From Azolla caroliniana (lineage: Eukaryota; Plantae; Polypodiophyta), in assembly GCA_043228905.1 (NCBI GenBank), contig JBHGNT010000003.1, positions 20,212,001 to 20,276,000 on the forward strand: DNA of 64,000 nt, read 5' to 3'. The notes under the pieces were generated by a model, which had not been told where the DNA came from, did no database searches, and saw nothing but the letters and a program-made list of their open reading frames with translations. Each line of letters opens with the position of its first letter. The stretch's first letter is position 1. Below, one piece after another: positions 13,006-23,240 of the stretch. A program made the translations under genes and the position numbers.

Positions 13006-16000
13006 ATGGCATCAACATCCGGCTCGTCAGAAATGAGTCTACGCAAGTTCGATGGATCGAACTTCAACTTCTGGAAGGAGCAAATGCAGGACTATCTCAT
13101 AGTCAAGGGGCAAATCGATCCCATCGAAAATGAAGACCCTCCAGAAGGATACAAACCAACTGAGTGGCAAAAGCTGGACAGAATCGTCCGCGCCACGATT
13201 CGGATGCACCTATCGGAATCGGTATACTTTACGGTGCAATCGTGTACGACAGCATTCGAACTGTGGAAAACACTGTCGGACACTTACGAAAAGAAGGTCG
13301 CCGCAACGAAGATGTTTCTGATCCGGCGCCTCTACAACTTGCGGATGAAAGAATCCGATTCGGTTCAAGCACACCTCAATGAGTACGAAAGCATAAGCTC
13401 CCAAATCTCGTCACAGGGGACGGCAATCGAGGATGAACTCAGAGCAATGATACTCATGAGCAGCCTTCCCTCATCATGGGAAACTTTCGTCACAACCGTG
13501 TGCAACGCGTCAACCACGGCTGTTAAATACTCCGAAGTCACGAGCGCAATCCTGACTGAAGCAGCTCGGAGAAAGTCTTTTGCCAAAGACTCAACAGACG
13601 ACGCTTATGTAGTACAAGGTTCGACAGACCGATCGAACATACGAGGACGAGATTCCTCACGGCCGCCGAACAATCAGCGAAGACGGAGCCAGTCACGGGA
13701 TAACCGAATCTGCAACTATTGCAAGAAACCCGGACACATCAAAGCCGACTGCCGCGCACTCAAGAACAAGAACAACAAGAAGAGTGGCCGGCATGAGGAG
13801 ATCAATTACGTCAGCTTCTCGGCTGATGTACTACCGGACGACCCGAATATACTATCAATCGAACATCCAGTCGGCTCAGAAGTTCTGCTCACGACTGAAG
13901 AATCGAGCACATGGCTCTTGGATTCGGGTGCGTCATTTCATGTGACTCCTCATCGGTCCCAATTTCGGCAATATACGATCCGTCACTCCGACTCAGTTCG
14001 GGTCGGCAACTCACAACACTGTGACATCATCGGAATCGGCACAGTAGAGCTCAACCTTGCAGGTGGCTCTACACTTGTACTCCACAATGTCCGACATGTA
14101 CCCGAGCTCTCAAGGCCATTGATCTCAGTCGGACAACTAGATGAAGACGGCATTCGTGCCGGCTTTTCTTCGGGAGGGTGGACACTCCACAGGGGGAACC
14201 TCCTGCTTGCTAGAGGACCCAAGATACACTCACTGTATCCGTTACATGTTACGCTCAGAGAGGGTAACCTGTTTTTGGTGGATATTCCTGTGTCATCATT
14301 ATGGCACCGAAGACTGGGACACCTCAGCAAGGCCGGCATCACGCACCTATCTAGAGCCGGATACATCCCCAAACTCTCCTTCTCGGACCATCAATTTTGC
14401 GAGCACTGCCAGTATGGCAAACAAGCAGCCGCATCACACCCGACATCAGCACCAAGAGAAACGAGACCTCTCGACTTAGTCCATTCGGACGTCTGTGGCC
14501 CAATGCCGCATCAGTCTCTAGGCGGTGCATCTTACTTCGTCACTTTTATTGACGATTCGACTCGAAAAGTGTGGGCTTATCCAATTCGCACCAAAGATCG
14601 GGTCTTCTCGATCTTCACCGATTGGCTCGCTATGGTGGAAAATCAAACCGACCGAAAGCTGAAATGCCTTCGGACCGACAATGGGGGAGAGTTCAAATCA
14701 GAAGAATTCGTCAAATTCTGCCGACAACGCGGCATCCGACGTGAATTTACGGCACCACACAGTCCGGAGCAAAACGGGATTGCAGAGCGAATGAATCGGA
14801 CAATCCAAGAACGGATAGTTTCCATGCTCCAACACTCCGGACTGTCGGATGGCTTCTGGGCAGAGGCTCTACTCACGGCAGTACACATAATCAATATGTC
14901 GCCAAGTAGACCTCTAGGACTTCAAATTCCTCAGGAACTATGGATCGGCAGCAAGCCGAATTACGACAAGCTGAGGATCTTCGGATGCGAGGCGTACGCC
15001 CTCATTCCGAAAGATGATCGCCGAAAACTTGCACCTCGGTCCAGGAAATGCATTTTCCTTGGATATGGATCAGACGGCGAAATGGGATACCGACTCTGGG
15101 ACCCCGAACACAGACAAATCGTTCGAAGTTCGGACGTTGTGTTCAACGAGTCGGCTATGAATCCATCAGTCGAAAAACCGATCGAAGTCCGAAGGGTAAC
15201 ATTCTCCGATGTGCCGACCCTTCAAGAAGGCCCCGCTCTCAACACACGGTCAGCTTCACGGGTAGCTGAACCTTATACTACCGACTCGGACAACTCTGAC
15301 TCGGCACAGCCGAATGTTTCGGTTTCGGACCATCCGACCTCGATACCTGATGCGACCAGTCCAATCATACCTCGACGATCCGAGAGACTGTCGCAACCTC
15401 CGGAGAGGTATTCTCCTGGAATTTTCTTCACCGACGCCGGCGAACCGACGTCTTACGAAGAAGCATCGACATCTGTCGATTCGGCCACCTGGCATCTGGC
15501 GATGGAGTCGGAAATGCACTCCATTCGGGCAAACAAGACTTGGGATTTGGTCGAATTACCGAGGAACCGACGTGCTCTTCCTTGCAAGTGGGTCTATCGA
15601 CTAAAAGAGACGTCTGATTCGACCACCCCAAAGTACAAGGCCAGATTGGTTGCGAAGGGCTTCCGACAAGAATATGGCGTCGACTTCGACGAGATTTTTT
15701 CACCAGTGGTGAAAATGACAACCCTTCGTTTTCTGCTCGGCGTCGTGGCAGCCGACAACCTGGAGCTGATTCAGCTAGATGTCAAAACAGCCTTCCTCCA
15801 TGGTGATCTCGAGGAGGAAATTTATATGGAGCAGCCAAAAGGCTTCGTGGCACCTGGCCAAGAACATCTAGTCTGCCGACTCAGGAAGAGTCTATACGGC
15901 CTCAAACAGGCACCGCGACAATGGTACAAGAAGTTCGACGACTTCATCCAATCGATCGGCTTCTCAAAAAGCGATGAGGACCATTGTCTCTTTACCAACA

Positions 16001-17019
16001 CAGCTCAAGATGGATCACCCATCTTCCTCATCATTTACGTGGACGACATGCTAATTTCTGGACGCCACTCGGGCGAACTTGCCGATCTCGTTCGGCAACT
16101 GCGGTTGAAGTTTGCCATGAAGGACCTCGGTCCGGCACGACACATACTCGGCATGAAGATTAGTCGGCATCGCGATCAACGACATCTTTTTTTGTCTCAG
16201 ACCGACTACATCGGACGTGTCTTGGAACGCTTCAACATGCAATCAGCCAAATCTGCTTCAACCCCGCTCCCCATGAATCTTCGGCTCTCTCAGCGAGACT
16301 GCCCGACATCCGGTCCGGAGGGGGAAGATATGAAGTCGGTACCGTATGCACCGGCAGTCGGCTCCCTTATGTACCTGATGGTCGCGACACGGCCTGATAT
16401 TTCTCACGCCGTAGGAGTCGTCAGCAGATTTATGCACAATCCTGGCCGATCGCATTGGAACGCAGTCAAGCATGTGTTCAGATATCTGGCTGGCACAAAA
16501 GATCACGGCATTCTTTTCGGTTCGAACCGAACCTCAGGCGTAGTCGGTTACACCGACTCGGACTTCGCCGGCTGTATAGACAGTCGGAAATCAACAACCG
16601 GATACTGCTTCAAATTCGGCAATGGAGCAATCTCGTGGAAGTCGAAACTTCAGGAATGCACAGCGACCTCAACGACCGAAGCAGAATATGTAGCTGCGTC
16701 CGACGCAGCAAAAGAAGCCTTATGGCTTGGTCGGCTGGCGCACACGTTTCGACAAGTCGACCATGACTCGGCTCCAGTTGTCTACAGCGACAGTCAAGGT
16801 GCTGTTGCCTTGTCGAAAAATCCGGTTCACCACAACGCCTCCAAGCATATCGACGTTCGATATCACTTCGTTCGGGACTGCGTCATCTCAGGGAAAATCG
16901 GTCTAGAGAAAATATCCACAACCGACAATGTCGCAGATGGAATGACCAAGTGTCTTTCGGCAGACCGTTTTCGGTCTCTTCGGCATCAGATGGGCGTAAC
17001 GACAAACCAGTCCGGTTAG
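13006..17019 (+). CDS. Copia gag-pol polyprotein (gag, zinc knuckle, protease, GAG-pre-integrase, integrase, RT, RNase H)
   Basis: Uninterrupted ORF (first ATG at 13006) with CNYCKKPGHIKADC, WLLDSGASFH, LWHRRLGH, VHSDVCGP, LRTDNGGEF, QLDVKTAFLHG, YGLKQAPRQW, YVDDML, GYTDSDFAG and KHIDVRYHFVR. Confidence 0.97.
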   Translation: MASTSGSSEMSLRKFDGSNFNFWKEQMQDYLIVKGQIDPIENEDPPEGYKPTEWQKLDRIVRATIRMHLSESVYFTVQSCTTAFELWKTLSDTYEKKVAATKMFLIRRLYNLRMKESDSVQAHLNEYESISSQISSQGTAIEDELRAMILMSSLPSSWETFVTTVCNASTTAVKYSEVTSAILTEAARRKSFAKDSTDDAYVVQGSTDRSNIRGRDSSRPPNNQRRRSQSRDNRICNYCKKPGHIKADCRALKNKNNKKSGRHEEINYVSFSADVLPDDPNILSIEHPVGSEVLLTTEESSTWLLDSGASFHVTPHRSQFRQYTIRHSDSVRVGNSQHCDIIGIGTVELNLAGGSTLVLHNVRHVPELSRPLISVGQLDEDGIRAGFSSGGWTLHRGNLLLARGPKIHSLYPLHVTLREGNLFLVDIPVSSLWHRRLGHLSKAGITHLSRAGYIPKLSFSDHQFCEHCQYGKQAAASHPTSAPRETRPLDLVHSDVCGPMPHQSLGGASYFVTFIDDSTRKVWAYPIRTKDRVFSIFTDWLAMVENQTDRKLKCLRTDNGGEFKSEEFVKFCRQRGIRREFTAPHSPEQNGIAERMNRTIQERIVSMLQHSGLSDGFWAEALLTAVHIINMSPSRPLGLQIPQELWIGSKPNYDKLRIFGCEAYALIPKDDRRKLAPRSRKCIFLGYGSDGEMGYRLWDPEHRQIVRSSDVVFNESAMNPSVEKPIEVRRVTFSDVPTLQEGPALNTRSASRVAEPYTTDSDNSDSAQPNVSVSDHPTSIPDATSPIIPRRSERLSQPPERYSPGIFFTDAGEPTSYEEASTSVDSATWHLAMESEMHSIRANKTWDLVELPRNRRALPCKWVYRLKETSDSTTPKYKARLVAKGFRQEYGVDFDEIFSPVVKMTTLRFLLGVVAADNLELIQLDVKTAFLHGDLEEEIYMEQPKGFVAPGQEHLVCRLRKSLYGLKQAPRQWYKKFDDFIQSIGFSKSDEDHCLFTNTAQDGSPIFLIIYVDDMLISGRHSGELADLVRQLRLKFAMKDLGPARHILGMKISRHRDQRHLFLSQTDYIGRVLERFNMQSAKSASTPLPMNLRLSQRDCPTSGPEGEDMKSVPYAPAVGSLMYLMVATRPDISHAVGVVSRFMHNPGRSHWNAVKHVFRYLAGTKDHGILFGSNRTSGVVGYTDSDFAGCIDSRKSTTGYCFKFGNGAISWKSKLQECTATSTTEAEYVAASDAAKEALWLGRLAHTFRQVDHDSAPVVYSDSQGAVALSKNPVHHNASKHIDVRYHFVRDCVISGKIGLEKISTTDNVADGMTKCLSADRFRSLRHQMGVTTNQSG

Positions 17020-17212
17020 AGCCGGACACAGAGCAGGATGGTTCCCGACAACCGACATCAGTTCCTTAATGATCGGCTTCAACTGTTCCGACCCGACCAG
17101 TTCGGTCTTCTGCCTTCGGACCCTGCCGACTCGAACAAAGCTGATATGTCCGAGAACCTAAGTCTATACCTGTAATCTTAGATAACCCATGTATACGCCC
17201 ATTACGGGGGAG

Positions 17213-17494
17213 TGTCGAATACATGTGTATAATGGACGTATTCACACTATCCCGTTTTGGCCATTTATGTAATTAGCATAAAGGGTAGTTGCCCTAAGTT
17301 GGTCACTATATATAGTGACCTTGTAACCTCTTTGTGAGGTTGGTTGTTGTATTCTAGTTTATGCAATAGAAAGACTTTTTTGTGCCTCTCTCTCTCTCTC
17401 TCTCTGTGCAACGACCTACATTCTGTCATTCACAGGGAATAAACAGGAATCGAGTGCTTCTTGATCTTCCGCACAGACGACATTGCTTCCAACA
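17213..17494 (+). repeat. Copia C 3' LTR
   Basis: Direct repeat of 12148-12429. Confidence 0.97.
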
Positions 17495-20176
17495 CTTTAT
17501 ACATATGTGGCCACCAATACTTTTCTTTCAACTTCATAAATGTTGCCCATATGTCTCTATGTCCTGCCCACAAACTATCATGGAATTCATTAATTAATTT
17601 TCTCTTAATGTCATCCTTACAAATGACTCGAAGAGGATTTTCGGTTGGCCTTTTTGGACACCTCCATAAATGCCCTTCATGTAAAAAAAACTTGAATGCT
17701 CGTCTTCGAAATTCATTTAATTGTTTCTTCGACCATGATGGGTTGGCTTCCTATTGACCTTGAGTCTTTAGAAAATTTCCTATTTCTAACCATTGACCTT
17801 CATACTCCACATCTTTGAACATTATACTTACATTAAACTCATCATGAGGCTTAATAGATACTTGATGAGCAACTTGACGGCTTGTAGTTGCCCAATTCTT
17901 ATCTTCAGCTTACATCACCCTTTCATTTATGAACCTTGCTCTTGACAACATATCTACGAATGGGTTCTCTTTGCCCTTTATATGTCGTAATTCTGGGTTC
18001 ATGGTTCTAATGTATGCAATCCACCGAAGCATTGCAATATCCGGTGTGGTGCAACTTGCTATCATTCCAATGAGTGGCAAACAATCTGTTTCAACCACTA
18101 CATCTACTCCGATCACGTAATCTCTATCTGTTTTTAATGCAGTAAGCAAACCCCACAATTTTCGTTTAACTTGTGCATAGTTTCTTTGTCTTTCATTTAA
18201 TATCTTTGCTCCAAATCTGATAGCGTATCGATGTTGGTCTTCATCTTCTTGGTTGATAACCCAACCGATCCCGATTGGGCTAGTATCAACTATTACTATA
18301 ATTGGTCTTTCACCTTCGTCGTCCACCTTGGCTATGGATTTTCGCATAGGCATAACCATTGTTGAGGACTTTGGTCTCCATCTATACTGTTGTAATGTAT
18401 GGTTGCCCCAGGATTATTGGATAGGTAGATCCTTCCTGCACAAAGAAATGTTGATCTACCTCTATATCACCAATAATAACCTTTACATTTGGGCATGCAC
18501 CAAATAAATCTTCCATGACTGATGTGGCAGCTTTTACTCGCCAACCATGTTGAGTATCAATTGGCCATCTACCTTTCCTATTAAAATCAGCACTCATTAT
18601 ATTTATTTTAGAACCATGATCAATAAGTGCCATCACGGGGTCTGGAACATTTCCAATCTTCACATGATGCTCAATAGTGGCTCTTGCCCAGCATTTGCGA
18701 GAGTAATGGCTTCTTACATCTATTGAATTTATCATTGAGGTTGATGCATGTTGACAGTCACCAACGATATTTTTTGACTCGTTGCTCACCACTTCATATG
18801 CCACCTTCGGATTTGTCTCTTTAACCTGCTCATTTACTTGCTTCTTTCTTCGCACAATATCAATTATTTCATCATGAAATTCCTTTTTTGCAATACCTAA
18901 CACTTCTCTTAGTGTAAATTCTACTCGACTGTCTAGTATTCTTGTTTCTAAAACTTTCTTTAAATCTGTATCTTTTTCAATATTAGACATTAATTTGAAT
19001 GAAGGACCAAATTTACCTTTTTCGACGTTTGCGTCCATGTCTTTTCTTTTGCTTTCTCTTGTCTCATGCTTTTTTGTTGAGCCAATCTCATCATCCAGCC
19101 TTTTCCTTTTTTTTCTTCCACTATCACCTCATGCTCTTAGTGTTCTTCCATCTTAGCATAAACCGTCATAGCAGCTACTGGAACATCCCATCCAGTGTTT
19201 TTCCTTACAGAATCTCCGGCAACACGAAGGTCTTCCATCTTCATCTTTTGCTTTTGTGCAGTACTTACAACCTTCTCCTAGAATGGTGATTGGGATGGCA
19301 TGTCATCGAGGCGCATTCCTGCCGTTGCCGAGTAGTACATTGCGGAAGCTTTCTTTGCTTCAGCTTCTTCAAATTTAACCTTAACACCACCATCACCAAA
19401 GTTCTTTGTAAGCGGACTTCTAGCTTCAGTTAAATAAATGTTACTATTTTTCCAATACACCAAGTCTCGATTTTCCATGTCTTTATATTTCGCACAATCA
19501 CGTAATCAATGTTCGAGACTATCACACCACATGCATCGAGGTCGAAATGGTTCCCTTGACCTCGAAGTCTGACCATTCTCAAGCTTTGCCACTTTAATTA
19601 TTAGACTATTCATACTTTGAAATAAATCATCAAGCAAAGACTCACTCTTAGTTTCGATCATTTCTCGTGGTTGATGGACCATTTCGTGTGATGGTTCTCG
19701 ACTAAGTCTTTGAACATCGATGTTTTGCTCAAGCCAATTTGTGATTCCCACATGTGGTATTTGTAGCATTGCACCATTCCTTTGCATTCTTTTCATAAAT
19801 TTATTACAAGCATTTGTTACCTCATTCCAATCTGTAGTTATGCCATCCTCAGTATTTGGTACTTCAAGCATGAATTCCAATTCTTTTCTATATCTCTTGT
19901 CAACTGCCTGCAAAAATAAAGCAACCTTTTGCCAAGACAATGAATTTCTTTCTTCTGCCTTTAAGTATCCATACATCCTATCAAACTCTTTTTTTGTGTC
20001 AGCCACAGATAACCCTTTATCTTCTTTTAGGATCCATTCATGAAATGAACACATAGTAACTCGAGAGAAATCCTCACGAGCATATTCAGACACAAGTGCT
20101 TCTTTGAATACATTCCAATCCAAACTTGCCATGTTGATGTTGATCTTTACTTTAGATGTCTCTTCTACTTCCCCGT

Positions 20177-20195
20177 TTCACGTCGGGTTCACCCA
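20177..20195 (-). promoter_or_regulatory. Gypsy primer-binding site complementary to tRNA-Trp 3' end
   Basis: The + strand TTCACGTCGGGTTCACCCA matches the recalled plant tRNA-Trp(CCA) 3' end TTCACGTCGGGTTCACCA with one extra C. It lies 4 nt inside the 5' LTR boundary. Confidence 0.75.
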
Positions 20196-20199
20196 ATTG

Positions 20200-21233
20200 T
20201 GTCGTGGCGTGGGTTGTCTAGAAGTGAAGTGTTGCGTAGACAAAAGATATCGTGAAAGTGAGGAAGGAATCACTGGGATTATGGAAGGAAGAGACGAAAG
20301 AGTAGAGATAGAGTAAATAGAGATCAACAAGATATGACAACATAGGATATTGAATGATATTTGAAGAAATAAAAGAGATTTATAATTATTTGATGAAAGA
20401 GTTACAAAAGTGGTTGTAAGCGTCGTTGATCCTTTGAACTTGGTCTCACAAGGTACTCGCTTTTCTCTTTCTTGATAGTAGGTCACAACAATCTTTAGTT
20501 CAATATTTTGATGAAGATAAGACTCGAACCGCCTCCCTCTTGTTGAGAGTTGACCACCACGATCGCCAAGCTAGAGCTCCACCTTTATGTTGAACTTATT
20601 CCTTTCTTTTTCTATTTTATGGTATCTCTTATGTAATATATATTTGATTGATATCTCATATCTCTCCCCCTTTGATCTTCTCTTTCACCATTTAAATAGG
20701 TGCCCCCATGCATATGATGCATAGGAGGGTACAAGTCATGCATGTGATGCATGATCGCCATTTGGCGTTCATGCATTACATGTGATGCATGATAGGCATC
20801 TCGCTCATTTGAGCTTTCATGTATGAGATAACAATAAACATGAAAATATAACTTTAAAAACAAAGGACCTAGCCTAATGGTAGGTGTGTTGACTTTGGTA
20901 TATGAGGTTGTGGGTTTGAGTCTCTCAAATATTAGTGAATACAACATGTAACGTTGCTTTTATATCATGAAGCAAATCCTTTATTTTATATATATTATTA
21001 GTATAAAGTAAATGGTAAGATTTGAAAGTGATAGGGTGGGGTTATTGCTTCAAGTCCTCTCTTGTTTGTGTAATATAATATATTTATGTATATTATTTTT
21101 CTTTACATATATATAATATTATCATATGTGTTGTTAATATTATCTTTATATATAAAACATTATCAAATGTTATTTTAGTTACGTATTTATCTTATTGTAG
21201 ACTTTTAATGTGAAGCTTTCATACTTTACGACA
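20200..21233 (-). repeat. Gypsy 5' LTR (~1034 bp)
   Basis: TGTCGTGG...TACGACA, colinear with 10075-11093 apart from indels (an extra CATG-rich repeat unit and a shorter TA run). Confidence 0.9.
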
Positions 21234-22377
21234 TCGCGGAAGGAGAGGTTGATTCGGCCAAGGCCGACACAACCATGAGCGTAACTCCCACCAATGGCAA
21301 GCAGACAGAAACGGTCCCAGAGAGTTCGGCGGAAGGGGGAGTCATCACGCCGAACCAAGCAACCGTAGGAACCCAGTTGAGTGCGGGTACTGCGGAAAAC
21401 CCGGCCACTACGAAAAGGAATGTCGAAAGAAGAAGCGTGAGCAAAGCCGACAACTAACAAATTACGCCACGAACTCCGACTACGGCGACCGCGGCAGAAT
21501 GTTCATAATGAAGCAAGAAGCGCACTCAATGTCCGCACTTGCGTCAACTACCGCTTCCACTCCGAACAACGTATGGTTTGTCGATTCGGGAGCATCCAAT
21601 CACATGACGTCCCATAAAGATTGGTTTCGGGAACTTCGGAAGCCCAAACGTTCCGTATATGTCGAAATAGGAGATGACATGACTCACCCCATACAACATA
21701 TTGGGAACGTCCCATTTGGAAACGACGGCAAACAGACCTACCTCATGAACGTGATGCACATCCCCACCATTACGAAAAACCTGGTCTCAGTCGGTCAGAT
21801 TGTCGAACAAGGAATGCAAGTACGAAAGCTTGACAATATCCCGACGATACGCGGCAAAAGCTTGACCCAAATTCGGAGAAATGTATCCTTGTAGGATACT
21901 CACTCGAACAGAAGGGGTACAAATGCTACAACCCATCTACCTGTAAGGTTTAAACAAGTTGAGACGTAGTCTTCGACGAATACGCATGTTTGGGGAGGAT
22001 AGAAGTGTGAAGCACTCAATGTCGGCATGTGGCAACAACAACTCAACTACTTCTCTACTACTCCTCAACAAGCAACAAATAATCACTCATCGTGGCCCCT
22101 TTCATTTCTTCATGCCCAAGGCCAATTCAGCCTTAGTTAGTTCCGAACTAAGAACTTCCTTGGTTTGAAGAAAAACTTACGGACCAAAGAAGGCAAGAAG
22201 GGGCTTTATCCTAGGTCCAAGAGAAGATTTGGGGTTTCCCTAAGTTCAAACAAAGGGCCTAGATTCAATTACAAGAGTTCCTAGGCTCAAATAAGGAAGT
22301 TGGGGATGGTTTTTCATGTAACTTCTCCTCTAGTGCTCAGAAATCTTCTAAGCCAAAAATGTTTTCACTTTTCTAGT

Positions 22378-22443
22378 GGGAGTAGCTCGATGATAGAGCA
22401 CCAATCACTCAGAGGCATAGGTTCAAACCCCACATCGTGCCAA
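22378..22443 (+). mobile_element. Possible tRNA-derived SINE head or tRNA pseudogene
   Basis: A-box-like TAGCTCGATGA and B-box-like GGTTCAAACCC at roughly tRNA spacing. No intact cloverleaf or TSD identified. Confidence 0.35.
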
Positions 22444-22965
22444 ATAGGGTAAATTTGAGTAAAAGATTGCTTTTGTTCCTTCAATTTCTAAGTTGAAAAT
22501 TTTGTCACGAGCCTCTTTTAACCTAAATTGCACTGAGAGTACAATTTATAATCCTTTAGAAATATGTATAGACAAAAAAGGGCAAATTATAGGCCTCCTA
22601 CATGCCGTCATGATACCCATTTGTTCTCAAACCCTAGGCCCTCAACACCCAAAATTTATGAACTTGACAATGAGCTCTCTTGCTCATTATAGAGTTAACA
22701 AGAGCTCAATTGTGGAACAAAATAGTGCAAGCATCATTGTCAATCTTCACTTTGCATGGGCATCTGATTACAACAAAATGTTCGTTTCCCACTCGCTTCA
22801 TTGTTACGACCCATGCATTACAATCCAACTTCACATTGGCTCTAACGAGGTTTAAAACTCTTCATCCTACTGTTCTATTGGTTGGCTCTTTCCATTTGAG
22901 CTAGCTAACTTATTCTCACGATAACTGTTGACTAAAATCTCTAACCTAACGTAAAGCTTGACATG

Positions 22966-23240
22966 TAGACACTTTTCTCCCTTCGCATGTCATGCCATAT
23001 CGCGAGAACGAGCACACCACGCAGAGATCGTGTTCCCACAAGGTAAATGAATCTTGTGTAAACTCAGCCTTCATAAAATCAAGGTCTTCATGCAAAGTAG
23101 GCCTAGACACTTTTCTCCCTTCGCACATGCCATATCGCGAGAACGAGCACGCCACCCACAGATCGTGTTCCCACTAGGTAAATGAATCTCGTGTAAACTT
23201 TGGCCTTCAATAAAATGAAGGTCTTCGTGCAAAGTAGGCC
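22966..23240. repeat. Tandem duplication, ~138-bp unit x2
   Basis: TAGACACTTTTCTCCCTTCGCA...GCAAAGTAGGCC occurs at 22966 and 23104. Confidence 0.85.

Larger units (their letters stand above)
12148..17494 (+). mobile_element. Copia C: complete, young Ty1/Copia LTR retrotransposon
   Basis: LTRs 12148-12429 and 17213-17494 are both 282 bp, TG...CA, with one visible difference in the CT tract. TSD CTTTA at 12143-12147 and 17495-17499. PBS TGGTATCAGAGC at 12432-12443. PPT GGGGGAG just before 17213. Confidence 0.97.
10075..21233 (-). mobile_element. Ty3/Gypsy LTR retrotransposon, degenerate and RT-deleted, interrupted by Copia C
   Basis: Two similar ~1.0-kb LTRs (10075-11093 and 20200-21233). Minus-strand order is gag with CX2CX4HX4C (19506-20132), protease LIDHGSKINIM (18382-19038), RNase H VDTSPIGIGW...ETDCLPL (17910-18359), then integrase HHCC/core/C-terminus (17500-17600, 11703-12128, 11134-11448). 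PPT is at 11094-11104 and the TSD is CCGC/TCGC. Confidence 0.9.
9010..21980 (+). mobile_element. Copia B: 5' LTR (9010-9331), PBS and gag, split by the Gypsy insertion; resumes at 21234 with zinc knuckle, protease and an integrase C-terminal scrap; no RT or 3' LTR seen
   Basis: TGTTGAG...TTTACA is followed by TGGTATCAAAGC (9332-9343), then a gag similar to Copia A. Removing 10075-21237 rejoins the frame GGRGQSR|GRRG*FGQGRH...ECGYCGKPGHYEKEC. Then come VWFVDSGASNHMT (ORF 21499-21894) and EKCILVGYS..KGYKCYNP...DVVFDE to ~21980. Confidence 0.8.

Noticed and set aside
13092-16766. Many overlapping or antisense ORFs within the Copia polyprotein
   Set aside because: Shadow ORFs of a GC-rich coding sequence.
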